Source: Desulforegulaceae bacterium (lineage in GTDB: Bacteria > Desulfobacterota > Desulfobacteria > Desulfobacterales > JACKCP01). From it: DNA of 64,000 bases. Positions within the stretch are counted from its first letter, which is position 1; each line of letters opens with the position of its first letter. A program made the position numbers and the translations under genes. Location: contig JAVERC010000002.1 in NCBI GenBank assembly GCA_034007295.1, positions 82,256-146,255 of the forward strand. Direction: 5' to 3'. Positions 49,100 to 60,730 of the stretch are shown piece after piece. The notes under the pieces were generated by a model, which had not been told where the DNA came from, did not search any database, and saw only the letters and a program-made list of their open reading frames with translations.

Positions 49100-50359
49100 T
49101 TAACTAGATTTAGGTTTGATTTTTCTATTGGATCTTTTTTTGCCTCGGTTTTTTATCCAATCCTCATTTGCATTTATCATATCATGGATATCCTGATGAC
49201 TGTCAGATACTTCGACTGTGAAAGAATAATCGCTTTTGCTGATTTTTATTTTTTCTATAGGCTTAGTGATAAAGTTTTCTATTTCTTTGAGTAGATTTAT
49301 TTCACCTGAACTGCAAAATGATATTGCAGAACCTTTTGAACGACCTCTTCCAGTTCGGCCAACCCGATGAACATAAACTTCCTTTTGATCAGGCAAATCG
49401 TAATTGATCACATAATCCACATTTGGTATGTCAATACCTCTTGCGGAAACATCTGTTGCTATAAGGATATTTTGAGCTCCACTCTTAAATGCATTCATTA
49501 CGGCAAGCCTATGGTCTTGATCTTTTTTTCCATGTATAGTCAAAGAGCTTATTTGTGCACGTTCCAATGATTTTGCAACACGGTCTGCCCTTATTGTTGT
49601 TCTCACAAAAACTATAATTTTTGAATCCTTGTGGTCACGGATAAAACTTCTCAGAAAAAAACGCTTATCATCCATTTCCACATCAATCACATAATGTGAG
49701 ATATTTTTGGACACAGGGTCATTTGGTGAAATCTGTATTCTTATGGCACTGGATTTTACCTGTGAAAAGGCAAGTTTTTTTATTTCTTTATTGATGGTGG
49801 CGGAAAAAAACAGAGTCTGGTGACGCTGTTTCAAATGCCGTTTTATTGATTGAATGTCGTAAATAAAGCCTCGGTCAAGCATCTGGTCTGCTTCGTCTAA
49901 AACCAGAATCCGGACATTGCTTGCATCAATGGCCTTTTGGGATATTAGATCAAACATCCGGCCAGGGGTGGCAATAAGAATGTCTACTCCAGTTTGTAGC
50001 TTGTTTATTTGGCTTTCCTGCTCTACTCCTCCGTAAACTCCAAGTGTAATTACCTTGGTATTTTTGCAAAGAGATGAAAAAACTCCATGAATCTGAGCAG
50101 CAAGCTCTCTTGTCGGTACCATGACAATGGCATATATTCCCTTTTGTCTTCGAGTTGTTTTTGCCTGAATTATCATGTGGATTACAGGAATAGCAAAGGC
50201 AAGTGTTTTTCCTGTTCCAGTCTGTGCAATGGCCATTACATCCTCTCCCTTTAAAATGGAAGGGATCGCCTTGAATTGAATGTCTGTAGGACGTTTCAGC
50301 CCCTGCTCAGCAAGGTTTTTTTTCAAAATATCGCTGATGTGATAGTTTTCAAATATCAT
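49100..50359 (-). CDS. DEAD-box ATP-dependent RNA helicase
   Basis: 419 aa: AQTGTGKT, PTRELA, DEAD, SAT, HRVGRTGR, with a basic C-terminal tail. Confidence 0.92.
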   Translation of the reverse strand: MIFENYHISDILKKNLAEQGLKRPTDIQFKAIPSILKGEDVMAIAQTGTGKTLAFAIPVIHMIIQAKTTRRQKGIYAIVMVPTRELAAQIHGVFSSLCKNTKVITLGVYGGVEQESQINKLQTGVDILIATPGRMFDLISQKAIDASNVRILVLDEADQMLDRGFIYDIQSIKRHLKQRHQTLFFSATINKEIKKLAFSQVKSSAIRIQISPNDPVSKNISHYVIDVEMDDKRFFLRSFIRDHKDSKIIVFVRTTIRADRVAKSLERAQISSLTIHGKKDQDHRLAVMNAFKSGAQNILIATDVSARGIDIPNVDYVINYDLPDQKEVYVHRVGRTGRGRSKGSAISFCSSGEINLLKEIENFITKPIEKIKISKSDYSFTVEVSDSHQDIHDMINANEDWIKNRGKKRSNRKIKPKSS

Positions 50360-50734
50360 TAATTATCTTTCATATTATGTGTGTTAATTAAATATTGATG
50401 TAGTTATTATGTCCTGACTAGTTGTAAATTGAACCTAGATTAATAAGGCATTGCTTAGTCAGGTTATACATGCTTTTTACGAATAAACCTAACAACTTCA
50501 TGGAAAATTATTGTGAAAAAAGGATCAAGGCAAAATAAGCTTTTGAAATAATATTAGAAATGAATTTTTTAAATTTTTTTAGATATGCTGATTTATTTGA
50601 GCTGTGTTTTTTTATTTTTCATGGATAGTGATAGCAGGTTTTTGGCCAAAATTTATTAAGATTGTTGATCTTTGCGAAGATAAGTTGGTTTTTTTTGTAT
50701 GCTCTAGTTTGCCTAGAGCATATCATTTTAAAAA

Positions 50735-51691
50735 CTAAGAACTTACTATCCAAACTGCTTTGTTAAAAGCCATGTGAATCAGTTTTTCTCCAACTCTTCC
50801 AATTATAAAATCCTGGACTTTTGAAATGCCTTTTCTTCCAACCATAATTGTTCCCCAGTTGTTTTTTTCAGCTGTTTCATAAAGGCCAAGTGAACGGCTT
50901 ATATATGAGTCAATTGTTCCTGTGTCTGAGTTTTTTTTATCAAATCCAAGATGTTCAAGCTTTTCAACAGCTTTTTCAAGCTCAGGGTTAATCTTTGAAG
51001 TTCTCATTTTTTCTCTTTCATGTTCAATTGGCATTGAATCAGAATCAAGTGTTGTAAAAGTGAGATTATAATCTCCACTGATAAGATTTACAGATCTTGA
51101 AACATGTCTGATATGTATTTTTTTTGAGGAATCAACAAAAAGCTGGCCTGCTGTTTTAATGCATTCTTTTGCACCGTCAGATGCATCAAAGCCAATTAAA
51201 ATATTTTCAGTTTCAGGGTTTTCGCCAACAAGTATAAGTGTTGTTGAGTTAAGTTTTGAAATTAATTTGCCAGCAACAGAGCCAATTGGAATATTTTTTA
51301 GATTGGTAAGTCCTTTTCTTCCTGCAAATACAGCCTCATAGCCTTTAGAAGCTTCAGCAATTATATCTCTTGTTATTCCAATTTGCCTTGGCTGTGTTTT
51401 AATGTGAACTTTTTCTTCAGGGAAACCTTTATCAATGAATTGTTTTTTTACCTTTGAAAGCGTATTAGTAAAAATTTTATTATGCTTTGTAATCCAATCT
51501 TTCAAAGTTTCTTTTTTAAGAGTTTCATCCGGTATCTCATCAATATCCCAAAATGATTCAGGGATATCTGTGCCAACAAGAAAAATTACTATTTCAGATG
51601 TTTTTGACGGAAGAATTTTTGATGCATAGTCAACGGCATGAATTGAAGATGTTGAGCCGTCTACAGCAACAAGATATTTTTTATTATTCAT
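50735..51691 (-). CDS. tandem universal stress protein (two UspA domains)
   Basis: Two Usp repeats (YLVAVDGS...GRKG...GSV; ILIGFDAS...GRKG...GRV). I prefer the ATG at 51691, preceded by AGGAGG. The track start is 51709. Confidence 0.85.
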   Translation of the reverse strand: MNNKKYLVAVDGSTSSIHAVDYASKILPSKTSEIVIFLVGTDIPESFWDIDEIPDETLKKETLKDWITKHNKIFTNTLSKVKKQFIDKGFPEEKVHIKTQPRQIGITRDIIAEASKGYEAVFAGRKGLTNLKNIPIGSVAGKLISKLNSTTLILVGENPETENILIGFDASDGAKECIKTAGQLFVDSSKKIHIRHVSRSVNLISGDYNLTFTTLDSDSMPIEHEREKMRTSKINPELEKAVEKLEHLGFDKKNSDTGTIDSYISRSLGLYETAEKNNWGTIMVGRKGISKVQDFIIGRVGEKLIHMAFNKAVWIVSS

Positions 51692-51719
51692 TTTGCACCT
51701 CCTGTGCATTAATAATTAT

Positions 51720-51822
51720 TAGTAAATGAACGAAAACGTCTTTTTGGCTATTTCTACACTTGACTAAAAATTTAATTTTCAATTGTGCTGAAACAAAAAA
51801 ACTAGTCTTCGTCCAGTCACTA
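51720..51822 (+). repeat. Family-A repeat, short diverged copy A10, in the usp 5' region
   Basis: TAGTAAATGAACGAAAACGTCTTTTTGGCTATTTCTACACTTGACTAAAAATTTAATTTTCAA...GCTGAAACAAAAAAACTAGTCTTCGTCCAGTCACTA. Confidence 0.7.
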
Positions 51823-51835
51823 ATTAAGTTTTTTG

Positions 51836-51866
51836 CTGAGATCAGCATCCCATTATGCTGATTCAG
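51836..51866. repeat. hairpin with a module-B-like end next to A10
   Basis: CTGAGATCAGCAT / ATGCTGATTCAG, a 12-bp stem with one bulge. ATGCTGATTCAGGT resembles the ATGCTCAATTCAGGT end of B2. Confidence 0.4.
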
Positions 51867-52072
51867 GTATGGAGATAGAAAAAATTAAAAAAAGATGTGA
51901 GTAATTAAATTGTTAGAATAATATATAAATATTACGTCTGTATTTTGTTCTATGCAAGGATAATTTTAAACATAAATAAAGGTGAAATTTTAAATTTGCC
52001 AAATATAAGATATAGATTTTTTTCAGTTTTTAAAATGCAAAACCTTAAAATAAAATTTAATAAAGGAGTGAA

Positions 52073-52573
52073 ATGAATATTTTTAATCTTTTTTTAAAAG
52101 ATCCTTTAAATTCATGGGGAAAAAAATCAAAACAGAAATTGTATTTAGATTTGTCTGATTTTACTCTTAATAATTTGAAGATTGGGAGCAATAAAAATGA
52201 GATAATTAAATTTGGAAGACCAAACAATAAAAAAGCATATAAAAAAAATTATTTTGAATATTATGAAAATGGGCTGATTATTGAGACAGAAAAAGATAAA
52301 ATTATTTATTTTGCTGTAATTATAGATAAAGATGAATTTTCTGATAAATTTTCAAACGCAGATTTATATATATCTAATCCGGGATCAGATCCGATTTTTG
52401 TTGCTAATGGAATGATTAGAAGCGATTTAATAAAAATAATAAACCTGGAATTAAAGGGAACAGACAAAGATGAAATTGAAATTATAGATTATATTAAAAA
52501 GGAAGATCATATTATAGAAGTTGAATCATTTGCAAATGAGAGGGTAAAACGGATTAATATATATAAGAGTTGA
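52073..52573 (+). CDS. hypothetical protein (orphan, Lys/Ile/Asn-rich)
   Basis: 166-aa ORF with AAAGGAG upstream. No recognisable motif. Confidence 0.45.
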   Translation: MNIFNLFLKDPLNSWGKKSKQKLYLDLSDFTLNNLKIGSNKNEIIKFGRPNNKKAYKKNYFEYYENGLIIETEKDKIIYFAVIIDKDEFSDKFSNADLYISNPGSDPIFVANGMIRSDLIKIINLELKGTDKDEIEIIDYIKKEDHIIEVESFANERVKRINIYKS

Positions 52574-52579
52574 TTTTGG

Positions 52580-52619
52580 CCTGAATTGAGTATTTTACAC
52601 TTAAATTAATATATTTTCA
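52580..52619 (+). repeat. Module-B repeat, partial copy B4
   Basis: CCTGAATTGAGTATTTTACACTTAAATTAATATATTTTCA matches B1 and B3 block by block. Confidence 0.55.
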
Positions 52620-52647
52620 GGGACAAAAAAAGCCCCTGAAAATTTTT
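52614..52647 (+). terminator. intrinsic terminator between convergent genes
   Basis: TTTTCAGGG / CCCTGAAAA 9-bp stem followed by T5. Confidence 0.7.
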
Positions 52648-52659
52648 AGAAAGAATAGT

Positions 52660-54078
52660 TTATTGTTGTGGAGATCTTCCGTAAATATCATCAAACCTTA
52701 CAATATCGTCTTCTCCAAGATAGCTTCCGGATTGAACTTCAACTATTTCAAGGGGTATTTTTCCGGGATTGTAAAGTCTGTGAAGAGTTCCAAGGGGAAT
52801 ATATATTGATTCGTCTTCCTTTAAAAGAATCTCATCTTCTCCCCTTGTAACAACAGCAGTTCCCCTTACAACAACCCAGTGTTCTGCTCTGTGGTGGTGT
52901 TTTTGAGCTGAAAGTTTTTCACCGGGCTTTACTGTAAGTCTTTTGACCTGAAATCTTTCTGAAATATCAATTGTTTCGTAATTTCCCCATGGCCTGTATA
53001 CTTTTTTATGAATATCTGGCTCATTCCTGTTGTCTTTTTTAAGCTGTTCAACAATTTTTTTAACATCTTGAACCTTGTCCCTTGAGGCAACAAGAACAGC
53101 ATCTGATGTTTCTATTACAACATGATTTTCTATTCCAACAGCTGCAACAATTCTGGAGGTAGAATGGAGTAAAGAATTTTTTACATCTGAAAGATAAACA
53201 TCTCCATAAGTTACATTGTTGTTTTCATCTTTTTCCTTTGTCTGCCATAAAGCCTCAAAAGATCCAAGGTCATTCCATTTGCATGAAATGGGAATAACAG
53301 CAGCACGCTTGGTTTTTTCCATTATTGCATAATCTATTGAATCTTCAGGAGAAAGGCTGAAGCTTTCCCTGTCAAGCCTCATAAAATCAAGATCAACACT
53401 GCTTTTTTCAACTGCTTTTTTTGAGCATTTTAAAATTTCAGGAGAATTTTTTTCAAACTCTTGTATTATTGTTTTTGCCTTGAAAATAAACATCCCGCTG
53501 TTCCAGAAATATTTGCCTGATTCAAGGTATTTTTTTGCTGTTTCAAGGTCTGGTTTTTCAACAAATTTTTCTACCATTGAAACCTTTTCTGAAACCTGAT
53601 TTCCTTTTTTTATATATCCGTAACCTGTTTCAGGAGATGAGGGAACAATTCCAAATGTAATTACAAGGTCATTTTCAGCAGCTTCATAACCTGTTTTAAT
53701 GCTTTTTTTGAAATTTTTCATATCACCTATGTAATGGTCAGCTGGAAGAACAATTAAAGTAGGATCGCTGTCAAGTTCAAGTGATTTTATTGCAGCAGCA
53801 GCTATTGCAGGAGCTGTGTTTTTAGCTACAGGTTCTAAAATTATTGAAGGGTTTTTTATGTTTATCTGCCTCAGCTGTTCTGCAACCATGAATCTGTGCT
53901 CTTCATTGCAGATTATTATTGGATCTGAAAGGTTTTCTATATTTTCAAGCCTTAAAATTGTTTCCTGAAGCATTGTTTTGTCTGAAGTCAGTTCAATGAG
54001 CTGTTTTGGGTAAAGTCTTCTTGAAAGCGGCCAAAGTCTTGTTCCTGAACCTCCGGCTAGAATTACTGGAATAAGCAT
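52660..54078 (-). CDS. manC: mannose-1-phosphate guanylyltransferase / mannose-6-phosphate isomerase
   Basis: ILAGGSGTRLWPLSR at the N-terminus and a cupin C-terminus (HHRAEHWVVV.G). I prefer the ATG at 54078; the track start is 54108. Confidence 0.9.
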   Translation of the reverse strand: MLIPVILAGGSGTRLWPLSRRLYPKQLIELTSDKTMLQETILRLENIENLSDPIIICNEEHRFMVAEQLRQINIKNPSIILEPVAKNTAPAIAAAAIKSLELDSDPTLIVLPADHYIGDMKNFKKSIKTGYEAAENDLVITFGIVPSSPETGYGYIKKGNQVSEKVSMVEKFVEKPDLETAKKYLESGKYFWNSGMFIFKAKTIIQEFEKNSPEILKCSKKAVEKSSVDLDFMRLDRESFSLSPEDSIDYAIMEKTKRAAVIPISCKWNDLGSFEALWQTKEKDENNNVTYGDVYLSDVKNSLLHSTSRIVAAVGIENHVVIETSDAVLVASRDKVQDVKKIVEQLKKDNRNEPDIHKKVYRPWGNYETIDISERFQVKRLTVKPGEKLSAQKHHHRAEHWVVVRGTAVVTRGEDEILLKEDESIYIPLGTLHRLYNPGKIPLEIVEVQSGSYLGEDDIVRFDDIYGRSPQQ

Positions 54079-54259
54079 GATTTCTCCGTTGATTTTATGA
54101 TTAACCATATATTTTTAAGGATTAATGTTTTTTAGTATTTATTAACTGTTTATTTGAATTTCAGTCAATATTAAATTAGATTTATTTAATTGACACGCAT
54201 GGTTTGTGTGAATAACTTCTTTTTATTTTATTAAGTATTATAAGTGATGGGAAAAAGAA

Positions 54260-54835
54260 TTGGAAATTAAAATTGACAGAAAAGAAATTGCCTTTGATTT
54301 TGATGGAGTAATGGCAGACACAATGGGACTTTTTGTGTCTCTCATGAAAAAACAATATAATAGAAATGATATTTCTATTTCAGATATTACTGACTATGAC
54401 TTAAGAAAATGTCTTGATGTTTCAGATCAAATTTTAATGGACATAGGTTTTAAAATAATCAGTGAAGACTGTTACAGTTGTTTAAGGCCAATTGAGGGTG
54501 CAGTTGATGTATTGACAGAATATGTTAAATCAGGCGAAAAGCTTTTGATAATTACTGCAAGGCCAAATGAAAAACCAGTTGAACTCTGGGTTAAAAATTA
54601 TCTGGATATAGATGAATCAAAATTTAGCGTTGTTGCAACAGGTGATTTTAATTCAAAAACAGAAGCCTTACATGATTTTAAAAAAAAATATCTTGTAGAA
54701 GACAGGATTGAAACCTGTTTTCATTTAAAGGAAAACGGATTTGAGCCTGTTGTTTTTGTACAGCCATGGAACAGACTTCCAAATAATTTTATTGAAGTAA
54801 GTTCATGGTATGAAATTTCAAATCTTTTTGGCTGA
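54260..54835 (+). CDS. HAD-superfamily hydrolase (5'-nucleotidase-like)
   Basis: 191 aa with HAD motif I (FDFDGVMADT) and LIITAR. TTG start. Confidence 0.6.
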   Translation: MEIKIDRKEIAFDFDGVMADTMGLFVSLMKKQYNRNDISISDITDYDLRKCLDVSDQILMDIGFKIISEDCYSCLRPIEGAVDVLTEYVKSGEKLLIITARPNEKPVELWVKNYLDIDESKFSVVATGDFNSKTEALHDFKKKYLVEDRIETCFHLKENGFEPVVFVQPWNRLPNNFIEVSSWYEISNLFG

Positions 54836-54840
54836 TAAAT

Positions 54841-55740
54841 ATGGAAAATCAGACATGGGGAAAAATTATTTTAGATTTTGTATCTTTTATTAAAACTGAA
54901 AAAAATGCTAGTGAGCATACAATTACAGCCTATAATAAAGATATTGAAGATTTTTATCTGTTTATCAAAAAAAATTTCACTAAGCTTAAACCTGAAGATG
55001 TAAAAAAGGAGCAGATAAGAAATTATCTTTATTTTCTTCATTCAAAAAAATTAAAATCTTCTTCAATTAGAAGGAAAATTGCTTCCATAACATCATTTTA
55101 CAATTATCTTGTTAAAACAGAAAAAGTTAAGAAAAATCCATGTACAGGTATAAGTCTTCCAAAGCTTGCACAAGCAATTCCTTCATTTATTGGAATTGAC
55201 GATATGTTTCATTTTCTTGATTCAATAACAGTTAAAACCTGGCTGGATGCAAGAAACAAGGCTGTTTTTGAACTCATGTATTCAACAGGAATAAGGGTTT
55301 CAGAACTTGTTTTGTTAAATGTTGAAGATGTTTTTGATTCCGGTTTTATCAAGGTTTTTGGAAAAGGAAGAAAGGAAAGAATAGTGCCTTGCTCTTCAAA
55401 GGCCTTAAAATATGTCAGGGATTATATTGAGCTTGCTGAAATGGAAATACATAAAAAGCTTGAAGGAGCTCTTTTTTTAAACAGGTTTAAAACAAGAATT
55501 TCAGCAAGATCCATTGCAAGAATTCTTGACAGCCTTATATTGAAAGCCGGACTTCATTTTAAAACATCTCCACATAAAATAAGGCATAGTTTTGCAACAC
55601 ACATGCTTGATAACGGAGCTGACTTAAGGTTTATTCAGGAATTTTTAAACCATAAAAGTCTTTCAACCACACAAAAATATACTCATGTTACCATGGACAG
55701 ATTAATGGAAGTATATGACAAATCACACCCAAGGAATTAG
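54841..55740 (+). CDS. xerC: tyrosine recombinase XerC/XerD family
   Basis: 299 aa: GIRVSEL, HKIRHSFATHML, LNHKSLSTTQKYTHV. It sits upstream of hslVU, as xerC does in many bacteria. Confidence 0.8.
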   Translation: MENQTWGKIILDFVSFIKTEKNASEHTITAYNKDIEDFYLFIKKNFTKLKPEDVKKEQIRNYLYFLHSKKLKSSSIRRKIASITSFYNYLVKTEKVKKNPCTGISLPKLAQAIPSFIGIDDMFHFLDSITVKTWLDARNKAVFELMYSTGIRVSELVLLNVEDVFDSGFIKVFGKGRKERIVPCSSKALKYVRDYIELAEMEIHKKLEGALFLNRFKTRISARSIARILDSLILKAGLHFKTSPHKIRHSFATHMLDNGADLRFIQEFLNHKSLSTTQKYTHVTMDRLMEVYDKSHPRN

Positions 55741-55760
55741 GGAAATCAGGAGTTTTTAAT

Positions 55761-56303
55761 ATGGATAAATTCAAGGGAACCACAATTTTAAGCATCAGAA
55801 AAGACAATAAGGTTGTTGTTGCAGGAGACGGTCAGGTCACATTAGGAAGTTCTGCAATAAAAAAGACAGCAAGGAAAGTAAGAAGAATTTACAATGATAA
55901 AATTATTGTAGGTTTTGCAGGAGCAACAGCAGATGCATTTACTCTTACAGAAAGGCTTGAATCAAAACTTGAGCAATACAGCGGAAATCTTACAAGAGCA
56001 TCTGTTGAGCTTGCAAGGGAGTGGAGAACTGATAAATATTTAAGGCAGCTTGAAGCAATGATGATTGCTGCAGATGATACAAGCACATATCTTATTTCTG
56101 GAACAGGAGATGTGATTGAGCCTGATGAAGGCGTAATTTCAATAGGTTCAGGAAGCATTTCAGCTCAGTCTGCAGCTCTTGCACTTTTCAGAAATACAAA
56201 AATGGATATTGAAGATATTGTTTTAAGTGCAATGAAAATTGCAGCTGAAACATGTATTTATACAAATTCAAATTTTACAATTGAAAAAATAGAGAAAAAA
56301 TAA
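55761..56303 (+). CDS. hslV: ATP-dependent protease subunit HslV
   Basis: 180 aa with an N-terminal GTTILSIRK (Thr nucleophile) and GSG. Confidence 0.95.
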   Translation: MDKFKGTTILSIRKDNKVVVAGDGQVTLGSSAIKKTARKVRRIYNDKIIVGFAGATADAFTLTERLESKLEQYSGNLTRASVELAREWRTDKYLRQLEAMMIAADDTSTYLISGTGDVIEPDEGVISIGSGSISAQSAALALFRNTKMDIEDIVLSAMKIAAETCIYTNSNFTIEKIEKK

Positions 56304-56316
56304 AGGGAAATTTATT

Positions 56317-57666
56317 ATGCTTAACCTTACACCAGCAATGATTGAACAGGAACTGGACAAATATATAATAGGTCAGAAAAATGCCAAAAAATCAGTTGCC
56401 ATAGCACTTAGAAACCGGTGGAGAAGGCGAAATGTTGAAGAAGATTTAAGGGATGAGATTTCTCCAAAAAACATAATTTTAATAGGCTCAACAGGTGTTG
56501 GAAAAACAGAAATTGCAAGAAGGCTTGCAAAACTTGCAGGCTCTCCATTTGTAAAGGTTGAAGCCTCAAAATTTACTGAAGTAGGTTATGTTGGAAGAGA
56601 TGTTGAGTCAATGGTTCGAGATCTTTTAAATACAGCAATTACAATGGTTAAGGTTGAAGAGGAAGAAAGAGTAAGGGAAAAGGCTGGAAAAATTTCTGAG
56701 GAAAAGGTTTTAGATCTTTTGCTCCCTGGTTCAGGACAAAGTGAAGGCCAAAACTCCCTGGATGTTGTTGAAACAGCTGAAACCAGTGAAAAAACAAGAG
56801 AAAAATTAAGAAAAATGCTTGAAAACGGAAAACTTGATGAAAGGGAAGTTGAAGTTGAGGTAAATGAACGCTCAACTCCAATGGTTGAAGTTTTTTCAAA
56901 TATGGGAATGGAAGAGCTTGGATTTAATTTTAAGGACATGATGGGAAATATTTTTCCAAAAAATACCAAAAAAAGAAAAATGAAGGTTAAAGATGCCCTT
57001 AAAATAATTGAAGATGAAGAAGCAGCTTCTTTAATAGATATGGATGCAGTTTCAAAAAAAGCAATTGAGCTTACAGAGCAGTCAGGAATAATTTTTCTTG
57101 ATGAAATAGACAAGGTTACTGCAAGAACAGGCGGTAAAGGCCCTGATGTTTCAAGGGAAGGTGTTCAGCGTGATCTTCTTCCAATTGTTGAGGGAAGCAC
57201 AGTTGTAACAAAATACGGAAGCGTAAAAACAGACCATATTCTTTTTATTGCAGCTGGAGCTTTTCATATATCAAAACCATCAGATCTTATTCCAGAACTT
57301 CAGGGAAGATTTCCAATAAGAGTTGAGCTCGATTCCCTTGGTGCAGACGATTTTTACAGAATTTTAACTGAACCTCAAAACGCACTTACTTTACAATATA
57401 TTGCACTTTTAAGAACAGAAGGAATAAATCTTTCGTTCACTGATGAAGCTGTAAAAGAAATTTCAAAAATTGCAGAAGAGGTTAATGCAGGAACAGAAAA
57501 TATTGGAGCAAGAAGGCTTCATACAATAATGGAAAAGCTTCTTGAAGAAATTTTATATAAAGCTCCAGATATTGATGAGAAAAATATTGAAATTGATGGT
57601 GCTTTTGTTAAGGATAAACTTTCTGACATTAAAAATAATCAGGATTTGAGCAGATACATTTTATAA
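56317..57666 (+). CDS. hslU: ATP-dependent protease ATPase subunit HslU
   Basis: 449 aa: [32 protein letters not shown]. Confidence 0.95.
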   Translation: MLNLTPAMIEQELDKYIIGQKNAKKSVAIALRNRWRRRNVEEDLRDEISPKNIILIGSTGVGKTEIARRLAKLAGSPFVKVEASKFTEVGYVGRDVESMVRDLLNTAITMVKVEEEERVREKAGKISEEKVLDLLLPGSGQSEGQNSLDVVETAETSEKTREKLRKMLENGKLDEREVEVEVNERSTPMVEVFSNMGMEELGFNFKDMMGNIFPKNTKKRKMKVKDALKIIEDEEAASLIDMDAVSKKAIELTEQSGIIFLDEIDKVTARTGGKGPDVSREGVQRDLLPIVEGSTVVTKYGSVKTDHILFIAAGAFHISKPSDLIPELQGRFPIRVELDSLGADDFYRILTEPQNALTLQYIALLRTEGINLSFTDEAVKEISKIAEEVNAGTENIGARRLHTIMEKLLEEILYKAPDIDEKNIEIDGAFVKDKLSDIKNNQDLSRYIL

Positions 57667-57682
57667 AAAGAGAAAATTAGAA

Positions 57683-58594
57683 ATGACAGACACTATTTTT
57701 GATTCACAAAGCCCTGGAAAAGTAGCTGATATACTTATTGAAGCTCTTCCATACATCAGAAAATTTGCAGGCATGACAATAGTTATAAAGTACGGCGGTC
57801 ATGCCATGGTAGATGAAAAGCTTAAACATGATTTTGCAAAGGATATTACGCTTTTAAAGTTTATTGGTATTAATCCTGTAGTTGTACACGGAGGCGGCCC
57901 TCAGATTAACAATGTCCTTAAAAGAATGGGTATTGAAACAAAGTTTGTTCAGGGGATGAGATTTACAGATGAAGAAACCATGGATGTTGTTGAAATGGTT
58001 TTAGGCGGAAAAGTTAATAAGTCTATTGTTGCACTTATTTCCGGAGAAGGCGGAAAATGCGTCGGCCTTACCGGAAAAGACGGCGGTCTTATTGTTGCTG
58101 AAAAAATGCAGATTCTTCAAAAATCTGATGAAAACAAACCCCCTGAAATTTTAGATCCAGGAATGGTAGGACGTGTTGTTGAAATAAGACCTGAAATTAT
58201 AAAAACCCTTTCTGAAAAAGGATTTATTCCTGTTATTGCACCTGTTGGAGTTGGTAAAAACGGTGAAACATACAATATTAATGCTGATATTGTTGCCTCT
58301 GAAATTGCATCATCTCTTAATGCCGGACGACTTATTTTAATGACAGACGTTGATGGTGTTTTAGATAAAAATAAAAATCTTATTTCATCAATAGACTCAA
58401 TTAAAGCAAAAGAAATGATAGATTCAGAAGAAATTGTAGGGGGAATGATTCCAAAAATTGAGTGTGCATTAAAAGCTGTTGAATCAGGTGTTGGAAAAAC
58501 CCAGATAATAAACGGAACAAAAAGCCATGCAATTTTACTGGAGCTTTTTACTAACCAGGGTGTAGGAACAGAGGTGTTTTCATGTCAGAATTGA
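57683..58594 (+). CDS. argB: acetylglutamate kinase
   Basis: 303 aa: [23 protein letters not shown]. Confidence 0.93.
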   Translation: MTDTIFDSQSPGKVADILIEALPYIRKFAGMTIVIKYGGHAMVDEKLKHDFAKDITLLKFIGINPVVVHGGGPQINNVLKRMGIETKFVQGMRFTDEETMDVVEMVLGGKVNKSIVALISGEGGKCVGLTGKDGGLIVAEKMQILQKSDENKPPEILDPGMVGRVVEIRPEIIKTLSEKGFIPVIAPVGVGKNGETYNINADIVASEIASSLNAGRLILMTDVDGVLDKNKNLISSIDSIKAKEMIDSEEIVGGMIPKIECALKAVESGVGKTQIINGTKSHAILLELFTNQGVGTEVFSCQN

Positions 58595-59772
58595 TTGAAG
58601 TTTCAAATTCAAATATTGCAGAAACATATGCACGCTATCCTTTCATGATAGAGCGGGGTGAAGGACTTAAAATCTATGATGAAAATGGACGCTCATTTTA
58701 TGATTTTTTTTCAGGGATTGCAGTATGCAGTCTTGGACACTGTCATCCAGAAGTTGTAGAAGCAGTAAAAAATCAGGCTGAAAAGCTTTTTCATGTTTCA
58801 AATCTTTATTATACCCTTCCACAGACAAACCTTGCGAAAAAACTTGTAGACTCAAGTTTTGCAGACAGGGTTTTTTTTGCAAATTCCGGAGCTGAGGCAA
58901 ATGAGGCTGCAATAAAGCTTGCAAGAAAATACGGGTGCGACAATTACGGAATTCATAAAAATAAAATCATTACTTTTTTAAATTCATTTCACGGAAGAAC
59001 CCTTGCAACAATAGCTGCAACTGGACAGGATAAAATTAAAAAAGGTTTTGCTCCAATTCCAGAAGGTTTTGATTATGCAGTTTTTAATGATATTGAGTCT
59101 GTAAAAAAACTTGTAAGCGAAAATACCTGTGCAATCATGCTTGAGCCGGTTCAGGGAGAAGGCGGAGTAAGACCTGCCGATAAAAAGTTTTTAAAGGATT
59201 TAAGAGAACTTTGTGACAAAAACCATATTCTTCTTATTTTTGATGAAATCCAGACAGGCATTGGAAGAACAGGAAAACTTTTCTGCTATGAAAACTATGA
59301 TGTTGTTCCAGATATTATGACTCTTGCCAAGGCTCTTGGAAATGGAATGCCAATAGGGTGCATGCTTGCCTCAAATCATGTAATGCAGGCTTTTGGGCCT
59401 GGATCCCATGGAACAACTTTTGGAGGCAACCCTGTCTCATGTGCAGCAGCAGACAAAGTCCTTGAAATTATAAAAAGGGATAATCTTTGTGAAAAAGCTT
59501 TGGAAAAAGGAAGATATTTACTTGATTTAATGATGAAATTAAAGGAAAAACATAAAATTATCAAAGATGTCAGAGGACTTGGTCTTTTAATGGGTATTGA
59601 ACTTGATGAAAATTTTGATGTTTCAAGTCTTGTAAAAAGCTTTTATGAAAAAGGTTTTTTGATAAACATAATTCAGGGACACATAATAAGGCTTGCACCG
59701 CCTTTGACAATAGATACTGAAACTATGGACATGTTTGCAAAAACTGCAGACATTGTTTTTGGCGAATTTTAA
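58582..59772 (+). CDS. argD: acetylornithine aminotransferase
   Basis: 396 aa: [28 protein letters not shown], and LAKALGNG (PLP Lys). Confidence 0.9.
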   Translation: MSELIEVSNSNIAETYARYPFMIERGEGLKIYDENGRSFYDFFSGIAVCSLGHCHPEVVEAVKNQAEKLFHVSNLYYTLPQTNLAKKLVDSSFADRVFFANSGAEANEAAIKLARKYGCDNYGIHKNKIITFLNSFHGRTLATIAATGQDKIKKGFAPIPEGFDYAVFNDIESVKKLVSENTCAIMLEPVQGEGGVRPADKKFLKDLRELCDKNHILLIFDEIQTGIGRTGKLFCYENYDVVPDIMTLAKALGNGMPIGCMLASNHVMQAFGPGSHGTTFGGNPVSCAAADKVLEIIKRDNLCEKALEKGRYLLDLMMKLKEKHKIIKDVRGLGLLMGIELDENFDVSSLVKSFYEKGFLINIIQGHIIRLAPPLTIDTETMDMFAKTADIVFGEF

Positions 59773-59789
59773 AAAAAATAGAGGTTAAA

Positions 59790-60719
59790 TTGAAAAAGGA
59801 TCTGCTTCATTTAGGAGAATTAAAAAAAGAAGAGCTTGTTTATTTTATTGAAAGAGCATTGGAATTAAAAAAAAGATTTAAAAACGGGATAATTGACCGT
59901 CCTTTTATTTCAAAAACAATGGCCCTTATTTTTGACAAGGCCTCCACAAGAACAAGGGTTTCCTTTGAAGTTGCATTTGCACAGCTTGGCGGACATCCAA
60001 TGTTTTTAAGCTCAGGTGCTACCCAGATGAGCAGAAGTGAGCCTGTAAAAGATACTGCAAGGGTTCTTGAAAGATACTGCGATATTCTTGTAATAAGAAC
60101 CTATGCTCAGGAACTTGTGGAAGATTTTGCAAAATACAGCAAAATTCCTGTTATAAATGCACTTACAGACCTGTATCATCCATGCCAGATTTTAAGTGAC
60201 TTAATGACTGTTGCAGAGCATAAAGGCGGAATAAATAATCTTTCAAATTTAAAATATACCTGGGTTGGAGACGGCAACAATGTTGCAAATTCATGGATAA
60301 ACGCTGCAAAGGTTTTAGGATTTGAATTAAGTCTTGCAATTCCACAAAACTATGACCCTGATAAAGAAGTTCTTGAAAAGGCCCTTGAAGCAAATAAAAA
60401 TATAAAAATATTCAGAGATCCAAAAGAAGCTGTAAAAGATGCAGACATTATTTATACAGATGTATGGGCAAGCATGGGACAGGAAGCTGAACAAAAGGAA
60501 AGGGAAAAGGTTTTCAAAAACTTTTTTGTTGATTCCTCTCTTTTAAGCCATGCTGCAAAAGACTGCTCTGTGATGCACTGCCTTCCAGCACACAGGGGAG
60601 AGGAAATAAGCGATGAAGTCATGGAGGGAAGTCATTCAATAATTTTTGATGAAGCAGAAAACAAGCTTCACATGCACAAGGCTCTTTTGGATATTTTTAT
60701 TACTAACAATATTAAATAA
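59790..60719 (+). CDS. argF: ornithine carbamoyltransferase
   Basis: 309 aa: [21 protein letters not shown] start. Confidence 0.93.
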   Translation: MKKDLLHLGELKKEELVYFIERALELKKRFKNGIIDRPFISKTMALIFDKASTRTRVSFEVAFAQLGGHPMFLSSGATQMSRSEPVKDTARVLERYCDILVIRTYAQELVEDFAKYSKIPVINALTDLYHPCQILSDLMTVAEHKGGINNLSNLKYTWVGDGNNVANSWINAAKVLGFELSLAIPQNYDPDKEVLEKALEANKNIKIFRDPKEAVKDADIIYTDVWASMGQEAEQKEREKVFKNFFVDSSLLSHAAKDCSVMHCLPAHRGEEISDEVMEGSHSIIFDEAENKLHMHKALLDIFITNNIK

Positions 60720-60730
60720 CAGAGGTAATC

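Noticed and set aside
50700-50720. Hairpin TGCTCTAG/CTAGAGCA as the intrinsic terminator of usp
   Set aside because: On the minus-strand transcript it is followed by an A-run, not a U-run. It may still be a stabilising hairpin, but it is not a canonical terminator.
54841-55740. Tyrosine recombinase as a marker of an integrated mobile element or of repeat inversion
   Set aside because: The sequence and its position directly upstream of hslVU fit the housekeeping XerC. No att-like repeats, phage genes or cargo genes flank it.
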